Shown: positions 18,636 through 27,656 of the stretch, one piece after another
Layout: every line of letters begins with the position of its first letter
Numbering within the stretch: the stretch's first letter is position 1
Source: a plasmid
Sequence record: NZ_CP023785.1
DNA: 64,000 bases
Reading direction: 5' to 3' (one strand)
Made by a program: the position numbers and the translations under genes
The notes under the pieces: model-generated
Seen by the model: the letters and a program-made list of their open reading frames with translations, nothing else
Database searches by the model: none
What the model was told of the DNA's origin: nothing

Positions 18636-18647
18636 TAGATTTTAAAG

Positions 18648-18706
18648 ATAAAAAACCATTCTCTAAATGCTAATTATTCAGCAAATATGAGAATGGTTTT
18701 TTTATT
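18648..18706 (+). terminator. rho-independent terminator of the PTS operon (aaaaccattctc...gagaatggttttttt)
   Basis: A 12-bp stem plus T-run was read directly. Confidence 0.65.
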
Positions 18707-18806
18707 TGATTAGACATAACTTAATAATTCGTAAGCGCCCCATAGAACAGTACCTGTACGTCAAATAACCCGACCTATAGAATAGAATCGGGAATGTTTG
18801 GCGTTT

Positions 18807-20354
18807 TTAGTTACGAGAAAAATGTTGTTGTACATCCTTGTTCCAAGGCAACAGTTGATCTAAAGTTTCTGCTGAAAGTACGGGAAGATTTGGTATCTTA
18901 TCAAATAGAAACTCTAGATACTTTACAGGATTCAATCCGTTAAGTTCTGCTGTTTTATATACACTCAGAATGATTCCTGAAGTTCGTGCTCCTTCAAGAC
19001 TTGTGGAATGCAACCAATTTTTCCGTCCTATCACCAGCTCTTTGATATTTCGCTCCGCACGATTATTTGTGAGTTCTAAACGACCATCTTCAAAAATAGG
19101 TTCAAAACCACTTCGTAGTTTACACGCATATTGAACGGCTGCATCCAACTTGGATTTTGCAACAGGATCTATCGTTGCCATCCACTCATAAAAAGCAATA
19201 AATAATGGACGCAGTTCTTGTTGCCGACAGCTTAATCGCTTCTCAGGAGAAAAGTCTTTCCATTTCTTTTCTAGGACAAACCATTTATCCAATTGTTTGA
19301 CTGCTTGAGCTGCGGGAATATCCGTGTTTTTCTTTCCTTTTGGAATTGCTTCGAAAAATTTCCGCCGAACATGCGCGAAACAATAGACAAGTCGTACACT
19401 TTCCACGGCATTATACCCGCTATAGCCGTCACAGTGTAAATACCCTGTAAACTCCTTGAGAAAAGTTTTCGGAACATCTCCAGCACGACTTTCGTCGTGG
19501 TGATAATAAACGATGGGATGCTGACTGTCTTTTCCTGTACAAAACTGCCAGTAATAGGTATCTGTTTTGGCACTTTCAATCACACGATAACTTGTTTCAT
19601 CCCCGTGTAGAATCTCTTCTTGATTAAGATAGACTCTTAATCGTTCTCCTAAAGGGTCTAACGCGTTTTGCACTGCTTTAATATGCCAATTGGTGATATT
19701 ATCTCTCGAAATATCCAACCCATGTGTTTGTTTCCAATAGTTCTCTTGCCGATAGGCAGGAACTTTCTGACCAAATTTCATCCGGATCGTTTCCGCCACT
19801 AAACTATTGGAACCTAAGCTATTAGAAATCAAAGGTTTAGGAACGATCGCTTTTTTAAAAGAAGAAAGTCCTTCTTTTTCGCAGCTTTTACAACAATAGG
19901 TATGTTGATAATGGGTGAGACAATCCAACATAGCCTGATGGAAACGAATTTCTTCTCGTACTTTTGTCCGTCCGATATCTTTCATCTGTGAACCGCAATG
20001 TTCACAAAATTGTTCTTCCAAAGGAAGGAGATGTTCTTTCTCTGTTATAGGTAAGTGTTTGATTTTGTCTGCTTTCGTTCCTACAACTCGTTGATGTCCT
20101 TTTACTGGAATAATGGTGGCAGCTGCTTCTGGAACACTTACAGAAATTTCTTCATCACTAAAAAGATTCAATTGCCCATTCGTTTCCTCAAAGAGAGTCT
20201 CTTTAGAGCGTCCAAATAATTTGTTGGTTAAATAATTGACCTTTTCATTCAATAGTTGGATTTCAGTTGTAAGATTCTGAATGGTTTGTTGTTGTGTTTG
20301 ATTGGTTTTATGGGCTTCTTGAAGCAACTGAAGCAACGTATCTGTAGTTTCCAA
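18807..20354 (-). CDS. IS66-family transposase TnpC (515 aa)
   Basis: It has an N-terminal leucine zipper, CxxC zinc-finger motifs and a DDE core. Confidence 0.9.
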   Translation of the reverse strand: METTDTLLQLLQEAHKTNQTQQQTIQNLTTEIQLLNEKVNYLTNKLFGRSKETLFEETNGQLNLFSDEEISVSVPEAAATIIPVKGHQRVVGTKADKIKHLPITEKEHLLPLEEQFCEHCGSQMKDIGRTKVREEIRFHQAMLDCLTHYQHTYCCKSCEKEGLSSFKKAIVPKPLISNSLGSNSLVAETIRMKFGQKVPAYRQENYWKQTHGLDISRDNITNWHIKAVQNALDPLGERLRVYLNQEEILHGDETSYRVIESAKTDTYYWQFCTGKDSQHPIVYYHHDESRAGDVPKTFLKEFTGYLHCDGYSGYNAVESVRLVYCFAHVRRKFFEAIPKGKKNTDIPAAQAVKQLDKWFVLEKKWKDFSPEKRLSCRQQELRPLFIAFYEWMATIDPVAKSKLDAAVQYACKLRSGFEPIFEDGRLELTNNRAERNIKELVIGRKNWLHSTSLEGARTSGIILSVYKTAELNGLNPVKYLEFLFDKIPNLPVLSAETLDQLLPWNKDVQQHFSRN

Positions 20355-20455
20355 AATTTTTCACCACCTTGAATCGAACTGATTTTGTTACAGAATACCA
20401 CAAGAAACGCACAAGAAATAGGGGTTCAACACATTTTTTGTGTTAACCCCCCAGC

Positions 20456-20809
20456 TTAAAAAACTCCTTTTTTTCCTGGCAAAATAGCTCGAGGTTGATC
20501 GATACTTAATCCTTCTAACAACCATCGAACCTGTTGGTTCGTTAAGGTTCGAACTTCGTCTTTCGTCCGAGGCCATTTTAACTTGCCGTTTTCTATCCGC
20601 TTATAACAGAGAAGAAAACCATCACCGTCCCAATAGAGAAGTTTGAAACGGTCTTGACGGTTCCCGCAAAATAAAAAAACGGCATCTTCGTAAAGCTCGA
20701 GTTGATACTCTTGTTGAATAAGACTGGCAAGACCATCAATTCCTTTTCGCAAATCTGTTTTTCCGCACACAATATAAATATGTTTGGTTTGAAGTAAATC
20801 ATAAAGCAT
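20456..20809 (-). CDS. IS66 Orf2/TnpB (117 aa)
   Basis: IYIVCGKTDLRKGIDGLA...LLYWDGDGF is the conserved TnpB family pattern. Confidence 0.85.
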   Translation of the reverse strand: MLYDLLQTKHIYIVCGKTDLRKGIDGLASLIQQEYQLELYEDAVFLFCGNRQDRFKLLYWDGDGFLLCYKRIENGKLKWPRTKDEVRTLTNQQVRWLLEGLSIDQPRAILPGKKGVF

Positions 20810-20993
20810 TGGACAACAGTTCTTTCAAAATAGCTTGAAGAATATAATTGTTAATACCGTTATAGATCAAAACTTCAGAACCATTCTCTCTTTTGATGCG
20901 CATCGCTAACTTGGCAGCCGCGGGTTTACCTTTTTCTGGTGCACTCTTTTCGTTTCCTAATTGGACAGGAACAATCTCATTTAATTTATACAT
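20799..20993 (-). CDS. IS66-family accessory protein TnpA (start uncertain)
   Basis: It is the first small ORF of the element inside the IR. An internal Met start was chosen. Confidence 0.5.
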   Translation of the reverse strand: MYKLNEIVPVQLGNEKSAPEKGKPAAAKLAMRIKRENGSEVLIYNGINNYILQAILKELLSNAL

Positions 20994-21174
20994 AGAAAAC
21001 CTCCAGACTTCTTGATAGCTCAAGTATATCTTGAGGTGCATTTGTTAGTAAGGTACTGTTCTATGGGGCGCTTACAATAATTCAGTAGTTTTGAGCGTAA
21101 GCGTGTCATAGAATGGTACCTAAACACAAATAGCCCGATTTGATACACTCAAATCAGGTTATTTGTGGCTTATA

Positions 21175-22695
21175 TTATTTACAGATTTCTTGTATCTGCT
21201 GATTCCATGGCAAATAAGCGCGTAGCGCTTCAGGTGTCATCGAAGACAGATTGGGAATCTCTGTAAAAAGATGATTTAAATATTTGCGGATGTTTAACCC
21301 ATTCGCAACAGCTGTCTGGATAATACTCAATATAATTCCATTTGATCTAGCGCCTTTTAAGCTTTTAGAAAATAGCCAGTTTTTTCGACCGATCACTAAC
21401 TCTTTGATGGCACGCTCTGCTCGGTTATTTGAAAGTTCCAAGCGTCCATCAAGCAACACAATCTGAAGTCCGTCTTTATGATTGACTGCGTATTGAACCG
21501 CCTTTCCAAGCTGCGATTTTGGCAAATAAGCAAAACTCTCACACCAATGAAAAAATTCAGTCATCACAGGCTGCAACGTTTCCTTCCTCGCTACAAACCT
21601 TTCTTCTGCGCTAAGCTTATTAAAGGTCCGTTCGATTCGAAACATCTTGTCACAGAAGTCTAATCCTATTTTGGCATGACTTTTTGGGGACGGTTGTTTA
21701 CCCAATGCTTCAAAAAACTTTCTGCGAACATGCGCCCAACAATAAACATTGTTTACCGGCAGCTTTCCATAGGCCGCGTAACCATCAGTATGCAAGAAAC
21801 CGCTAAATGATTCTAAAAAACTTTTTGGCTCATCAACGGAACGCGAATTTGCGTGCTCGTAGAGCACAACTTGTTTTTCTTCGCTTTTACCTGAAGCATA
21901 TAACCAGTAAAAGGTCTTTTCTTTATGAGTATTCAATACCCGATAGCTTGTCTCATCCGCGTGTAAGACCTCCTGATTGCTTAATTCTTGATGAAGGCAA
22001 TTGTAGATTGGCTCTAAAACCATTTCACTTACCTTGATATGCCAATTAGTGATTTTTTTACGATCAAGAGGGAAACCAAGTGCATGCCATTCTTTTTCTT
22101 GTCGATATGCCGGCACCTTTTTAACAAATTTTTCCCAAATACTCTGTGTCACAATTGAAGAGGAACCTAGACTATTATTGATCAACGGTTTAGGAACAGG
22201 CGCTTTTTTGATTTTTGTTTCTCCTAATGCTTCACATTCTCTGCAATGATAGGCATGTTGGTAGATGACTTGTTTTTCTATATGGGCAGGAACATACAAT
22301 GGCTCTTCTCTAAGCCTTGTCGCACCGATATCATGTAAAGTATGACCACAGTCTTCACACAAACAATCGGCACCTTTTAATTCATAATGAATAGGAACTT
22401 CAGGCAGACCTTCTAATGAAAGTGCTTTGAGTCCCTTGCGTTTTCTGCGTTTAAAAGAAGATACCGTAATGGGTTCCTGGCTTTCTTGTCCAGTGTGCTC
22501 TGGTTCATTAAAAGTTGAGTCGTCTAATAAATCGATTTGCCCATCTACGGGTGGTGTTTCTTTTTTTCGTCCAAACAAGCGTCGATTCATTTCAGCAATT
22601 TGTTCTCTAAGAAGAGTATTTTCCTGTTGCTGGATTTCAAGCAACTGTGTTAATTGCTTGATTTGTACAAGAAGTTCAGATTCCATTTTTGTCAT
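21175..22695 (-). CDS. IS66-family transposase TnpC (506 aa)
   Basis: It has the same architecture as 18807..20354, at ~45% identity by eye. Confidence 0.9.
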   Translation of the reverse strand: MTKMESELLVQIKQLTQLLEIQQQENTLLREQIAEMNRRLFGRKKETPPVDGQIDLLDDSTFNEPEHTGQESQEPITVSSFKRRKRKGLKALSLEGLPEVPIHYELKGADCLCEDCGHTLHDIGATRLREEPLYVPAHIEKQVIYQHAYHCRECEALGETKIKKAPVPKPLINNSLGSSSIVTQSIWEKFVKKVPAYRQEKEWHALGFPLDRKKITNWHIKVSEMVLEPIYNCLHQELSNQEVLHADETSYRVLNTHKEKTFYWLYASGKSEEKQVVLYEHANSRSVDEPKSFLESFSGFLHTDGYAAYGKLPVNNVYCWAHVRRKFFEALGKQPSPKSHAKIGLDFCDKMFRIERTFNKLSAEERFVARKETLQPVMTEFFHWCESFAYLPKSQLGKAVQYAVNHKDGLQIVLLDGRLELSNNRAERAIKELVIGRKNWLFSKSLKGARSNGIILSIIQTAVANGLNIRKYLNHLFTEIPNLSSMTPEALRAYLPWNQQIQEICK

Positions 22696-22787
22696 TTTTA
22701 CACCACCATTCTAGCGATTTTCTTACATCTATTATACCATTTTATGACAACGAAAAACAGACAAAATCCTTGATTTAACAAGGTTTT

Positions 22788-23123
22788 CGTCTAATATATC
22801 GCACCTTTTTTCGTTTCTTTTAGCGTACATTTTTCTTCGATTGAAAGGCCAGTCAGTAAGACTTCTTTTCTGGAACGCGGCCATTGAAGGTACCCACTTT
22901 CAAATCTTTTGTACATTAATACAAATCCATTTTGATCCTAGTAAAGAGCCTTGAAGCGATCTTTCTTCGTACCGCAAAATAAGAAAAGCGCTTGATCGTA
23001 AACATCAAGGTCATATTCTTCTATAACGAAAGCTGCTAGTCCATCAATTCCTTTTCGAAGATCTGTTTTTCCACAAACGATAAAAATATGTTTCAATGCA
23101 GTTGCATCAATGAGCATTGGCAT
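22788..23123 (-). pseudogene. IS66 TnpB with in-frame TAG replacing the conserved Trp (..FKALY-TAG-DQNGFVLMYKRF..)
   Basis: Hand translation continues in frame past the stop with a TnpB-like sequence. The homologous position in copy #1 is LLYWDGDGF. Confidence 0.7.
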
Positions 23124-23289
23124 TCAACTCTTTTAACAAGGTATACAAAAGATATTTATCCATTCCATTATAAATAAATATTTCCTTATCTTCCGATTTG
23201 ATTCTGCAAGCTAGTTTTGGCTTGGTGTCAATTTGCGATTTTTGAGCCGCACTTGAAAATTGAACTGGTACAATATCTTTTTTATTCAT
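23107..23289 (-). CDS. IS66-family TnpA-like small ORF (60 aa)
   Basis: Its position inside IS66 #2 and its similarity to the TnpA of #1 (IVPVQ..., ...LLKELN/LKELL...) support the call. Confidence 0.5.
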   Translation of the reverse strand: MNKKDIVPVQFSSAAQKSQIDTKPKLACRIKSEDKEIFIYNGMDKYLLYTLLKELNANAH

Positions 23290-23524
23290 TCGTTTTTCTC
23301 CTTCTATATTTGATAGTTTAATTATAGAAGAAAGATAATCGGCGTACGAGATACTATCCTATGACACGCTTACATTTAATTTAATATTTTGCCTCAAATT
23401 AGCCACACTTTTTATAGAACTAAGAGGAAAAATGAAGTTTTCTTCCTATTAATATAGTTGTTTGAAATCTTAAATATAGCGTTTTACGATGTAATGGGAA
23501 GTATGGTGAATAAATCAACTATGT

Positions 23525-23800
23525 TCGTACGAAGCATTTACTCAACTAATTTAATCGAATCTTTCAATAAACAAATCAAGAAATACAGCCACCGCAAGGA
23601 ACAGTTCCAAAATGAAGAGTCGATGGAACGTTTCTTAGTCTCGTCTTTTGATACTTACAACCAAAAATTCCTAGGTCGCAGTCATAAAGGTTTCCAACAG
23701 GCCGAAGGCGAGCTCGAACAAATGCTGAGTCAACCGATGGAGAATTAGAAACAATCTACAGTAGGGAAGAACCATTGACACAAAATTATTGACGCTCCCA
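23525..23800 (+). pseudogene. 3-prime remnant (~275 bp) of an IS256-family element incl. transposase C-terminus and right end TTGACGCTCCC
   Basis: Residues ...RSIYSTNLIESFNKQIKKYSHRKEQFQNEES... align to the tnp C-terminus. It ends with the same right-terminal sequence as copies A and B. Confidence 0.7.
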
Positions 23801-24242
23801 ACTAAAAGTGTCAAAATAATGATGAAATCATTTAGTTCTTATAAATTAGAAAAGAGAAAATAAATATTCCATATCTACTTTATTGGATCCGTAACATGAC
23901 TAAATTCTGAATACTTTTTAAAGCTTATCATTTGGTAAAACTGAATATAAGTTAATTATATAGACTGAAAATTTTGAATTTTCAGAATAGAATAACTTAA
24001 AAGTACTGACAAAATTTTTTAAAGGGGCAATATTAATGTTCTGAGATAATCAAATCCTACCGAAAATATCAAAAATCCAATGTGACACAATCAGATTGTG
24101 TCTCATTCGAGGGAATCACACAATCCCACGTGGCTCTAGGCAGAATTGAATTTTTGCTTGGGGCTTTTTCCTTATATTGATTTTGAATGAGACTTATTAT
24201 ATGTTATAATGCAATTAAGTATCATTGGAGAGGGCGAAGAAA

Positions 24243-24842
24243 ATGAAGACGGTAGAACCTATTCGAGACAAAAAAAAGATCGATGCGATGAAGGCAATCT
24301 TGGCTTCGGGAAAATATGGCCAACGAAATTTGGTTCTTTTTTCGATTGGGATCAACACCGCCTATCGCATTTCTGATTTGCGTCAATTGAAGCTGGCCGA
24401 CGTGCTGGAAATTTCACGCGGTCGCGTGGTGGTCAAAGATCGATTAGCGATGAAGGAACAAAAAACAGCTAAACATAATTCGGTCTATATTTCCAACAAA
24501 TTGCGAAAAACGATTTTGGAGTACGTTCAACAGGAATTTCCTGATCAACTCCTTCAGCAAGATTTTGACGGTTATTTGTTCCCTAGTCGAAAAGGGACGA
24601 ATGAACCGCTCAACCGCCAAAGTCTGTGGCGAATCATTCATGATGCTGGCACGGCAATCGGATTGAAAGACATTGGCCCACATTCCATGCGAAAAACGTT
24701 CGGTTACTTTCTCTATAAACAGGGGACCAAAACAGAAATCATTCAGTCCTTGTTGAACCATTCTTCTCAGCGCGAAACATTGCGGTATATTGGTATTACA
24801 CAAGAAGACAAAGATACAGCTGTAAAAAGCTTAGATTTATAA
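24243..24842 (+). CDS. small tyrosine site-specific recombinase (~200 aa, phage-integrase family)
   Basis: The catalytic-domain motifs HSMRKTF, LLNHSS and RETLRYIG with the nucleophile Tyr are present. Its size is typical of plasmid multimer-resolution recombinases. Confidence 0.75.
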   Translation: MKTVEPIRDKKKIDAMKAILASGKYGQRNLVLFSIGINTAYRISDLRQLKLADVLEISRGRVVVKDRLAMKEQKTAKHNSVYISNKLRKTILEYVQQEFPDQLLQQDFDGYLFPSRKGTNEPLNRQSLWRIIHDAGTAIGLKDIGPHSMRKTFGYFLYKQGTKTEIIQSLLNHSSQRETLRYIGITQEDKDTAVKSLDL

Positions 24843-24905
24843 TATAAAAGTTAAGTTTAAACATGGATAGTTTTAAATTAGTAGATTGAGTGTTGGGAGG
24901 AAAGA

Positions 24906-25479
24906 ATGAGTACATTATATATTATAGGAAACGGTTTTGATTTAAGTCATGGTTTAAAAACTAGATACACTGATTTTTCAAAATGGGTTGAAAAAAGTCA
25001 TAGTGAAATATTCGATAAAATAGACACAATGATAAATGAAAATAATGAGGTGAGAAGTACAGCTGATGATAAGATAGGTTGGTTTAATTTTGAAAGTAGT
25101 TTGCATGAGTTAATTCAAAGTCCAGTCTTTGAAGATTATGTAGAAGAGTCTAAGGATTATCTCATAGGTTATGGACATGAAGATTGGTCAGATTCTGCCC
25201 ATCATGATTTTCAAAATATGGTTTATGATTATGTTGTTTCTCTAGAAGAATTACAACAACTTTTCAAGGAATGGATACGCAAAGAAATACAGCCGACAAT
25301 AGAACATAAAATTCCAAAATACCAATTTTCGTCCGATGTACTATTCTTTACATTCAATTATACAGATGTTTTGGAAATTCTATACAAGCAACCGAAAGAA
25401 AACATATATCATATTCATGGCAGTTATGACGATATAATAATCGGCCACTCCGAGAATTTTGACAACTTTATAGGAGATC
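24906..25479 (+). pseudogene. AbiH-family abortive-infection gene, truncated at ~codon 191 by IS1216-like insertion
   Basis: The N-terminus YIIGNGFDLSHGL matches the AbiH signature. The reading frame runs into the IS left IR GGTTCTGTTGCAAAGTTTTAAA, which supplies the last codons and stop. Intact AbiH proteins are ~340 aa. Confidence 0.6.
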
Positions 25480-26260
25480 CGGTTCTGTTGCAAAGTTTTA
25501 AATAAAGAATAAAATCCCTTACGGTATCTATGATTTAAGCTGGGATTCCCAATAATACCTTGATTTCAGTACAGACCGAAAACCCGAAGAGAGTGCCTTC
25601 TTTTCGGGTTTTCTTATATAATCCTCGAATGGCTTCCATGCCTTTAATCGTGGTAGAGGCAGTGCGTAAACTTCGATAGAATTTATTGCGTCTCTTTACT
25701 GGACGATGGTCTTGTTCAATCAAATTATTCAGGTATTTAATGGTACGATGTTCTGTCCCTTGATAAAAGCCGCCGTATTCTTTTAGTTTCTTAAAGGCAC
25801 TTGTAATAGAGGGGGCTTTATCTGTGACTACAACCTTCGGTTCATCAAACTGCTTCACTAACCGCTTAAGAAAAGCATACGCTGCTTGTGTCTCCCGTTT
25901 TTTACGTAACCAAATATCCAAGGTTAAACCATCTGCATCGATGGCTCGATACAAATAATGCCATTTTCCATGAATAAAAGGATTTTTTATTTTTCTTTTT
26001 CCAAATTTGATAGAGTAGTTTGCCATATTCTTGCACCCAACGATAAATCGTCGTATGAGAAACGTTAATGCCACGATCATATAAGATTTCTTGAACTTCA
26101 CGATAGCTAAGGTTATAACGAAGATAGTAGCCCACGGCTACAATAATCACATCCTGCTGAAATTGCTTTCCTTTAAAATGATTCATCGTCATTCCTCCTG
26201 CTATCTTTTTCTATTATTCTACCTTATTTGATAGTAGATTTAAAACTTTGCAACAGAACC
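25480..26260 (-). mobile_element. IS1216-like (IS6-family) element, ~781 bp, IRs GGTTCTGTTGCAAAGTTTTAAAT at both ends; transposase disrupted by internal ~32-bp deletion
   Basis: The IRs were read at both ends. The tnp is split into 96-aa and 188-aa ORFs. Confidence 0.85.
25535..26192 (-). pseudogene. IS6-family (IS1216-type) transposase, frameshifted
   Basis: The N-part MTMNHFKGKQFQQDVIIVAVGYY...SWKM then shifts frame into ...GKWHYLYRAIDADG.... The junction tggaaaatgg|cattatttg lies at a short direct repeat, consistent with deletion of the DETYIKIKG segment. Confidence 0.75.
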
Positions 26261-26520
26261 GGAAGAAGCAAAGATATATTTGTTAAAAAGGTCCAAAAAA
26301 ATATCCGCACCCCCTTTTTTTTGTAAAAAACTATTGCACAATACAAGTGGCCTACGGCTATCGAAATTTCCATAACTTTCGAGCAAGAATTTATCTCATT
26401 CAAGGCTTGATCTTCCAAGTAAAACAAAAACCAGTTAAGCACTCTGCCTAACTGGTTATGACTAAATTTTCAGTTGTATCTTTCTCTACCAACACTAAAT
26501 GTCGAAGAGCCTTTTTTCGT

Positions 26521-27399
26521 TTATGAATGTAAGACCGCTTCTCGAGCCAATGCCAAACAACCGAGCGTTCCAGCGTTGTCTTCTAATGCTGGGGTCACGA
26601 TATATTTGCTTAACTCAGGTGTTTCGACATACCCATTGACCAATTTTGCAAATGCGTCGTGGACGTTTTGCAGCATATGGCGTTGTTTCATCACACCACC
26701 GCCAAAAATGATCACATCTGGAGAAAACATCAAGGTTGTATTGTAGGCACATTGAGCAATATAGGAGGCTTCGATTTCCCAATAAGGATCATCTTCTGCA
26801 ACCTCTTGTCCTTTTTTCCCTAAGCGGTTTTCGATGGCGGGTCCAGCGGCCATCCCTTCTAAACAGTTGCCATGAAATGGACAGCTGCCAGCAAAGTCAT
26901 CTTTTGGATGAGGGACGACGAGCATATGCCCCATTTCTGGATGACTAAACCCTTCGATAAAGCGCCCTTCTTGTAAGGCACCGCCGCCAACACCCGTACC
27001 GATCGTATAGTAAACGACACTGCTCAATCCTTTGCCACTGCCGAAGACATACTCACCATAGGCAGCCGCATTGACATCTGTTGTCCAAGAAATCGGGATC
27101 GGAAATTCTTTTTTCATGGTACCGATGAAATCAAAATTTTGCCATGCCAATTTCGGGGTCGAGGTAATGTACCCATAAGTGGCGGAATCGCGATGGATAT
27201 CGATAGGCCCAAATGAGCCAATCCCAATCCCTGCTAAATCTGCTTGGTATTGTTTGAAGAAGTCAATGACTAAAGGCATTGTTTCCTCAGGTGTCGTTGT
27301 CGGAAAGCTCACTCTTTCCTTGATCGTCATTTCTTCATCGCCAATGGCACACACAAATTTTGTGCCGCCTGCTTCAATTGCACCGTATAGCATAGACAT
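26521..27399 (-). CDS. scrK: ROK-family fructokinase
   Basis: It has the ROK signature and the Zn-binding CxxHGNC motif (CPFHGNCLEG). It lies next to scrA and is followed by a hairpin terminator at ~26430-26475. Confidence 0.85.
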   Translation of the reverse strand: MSMLYGAIEAGGTKFVCAIGDEEMTIKERVSFPTTTPEETMPLVIDFFKQYQADLAGIGIGSFGPIDIHRDSATYGYITSTPKLAWQNFDFIGTMKKEFPIPISWTTDVNAAAYGEYVFGSGKGLSSVVYYTIGTGVGGGALQEGRFIEGFSHPEMGHMLVVPHPKDDFAGSCPFHGNCLEGMAAGPAIENRLGKKGQEVAEDDPYWEIEASYIAQCAYNTTLMFSPDVIIFGGGVMKQRHMLQNVHDAFAKLVNGYVETPELSKYIVTPALEDNAGTLGCLALAREAVLHS

Positions 27400-27656
27400 T
27401 TCTCCCTTTATTTTAGAATGAAATCACTAAATAAATGACTATATATCATATTTAAATTATTTTTTTATTTAGTAACATGACAAGTAAATAACTACTATTT
27501 TTTCTTTTTGAATTTTTATCATTTTTTAAAATTCTAATAATTTTTCATACAATTGATATATGAAAAGATTAAATAAAATGTTATTCTCAAATATTTGATT
27601 AATCTATATTATTTGATTTTGGAAAGAAAATTCCATCTTTACTCAGGGAAATATAT

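Larger units (their letters stand above)
18731..21075 (-). mobile_element. IS66-family insertion sequence #1 (2.35 kb) with 24-bp perfect IRs GTAAGCGCCCCATAGAACAGTACC and 8-bp target site duplication AATAATTC
   Basis: Both the IRs and the TSD were read at both ends. It carries TnpA, TnpB and TnpC ORFs. Confidence 0.85.
21097..23373 (-). mobile_element. IS66-family insertion sequence #2 (distinct family member, ~2.28 kb), 21 bp downstream of IS66 #1; imperfect IRs GTAAGCGTGTCATAGAATGGTACC / GTAAGCGTGTCATAGGATAGTATC; no TSD
   Basis: The IRs were read. The TnpC is 506 aa and diverged from #1. Confidence 0.75.

Noticed and set aside
21284-22714. Plus-strand ORFs inside IS66 #2 TnpC
   Set aside because: They are antisense to a 506-aa conserved transposase and are spurious.
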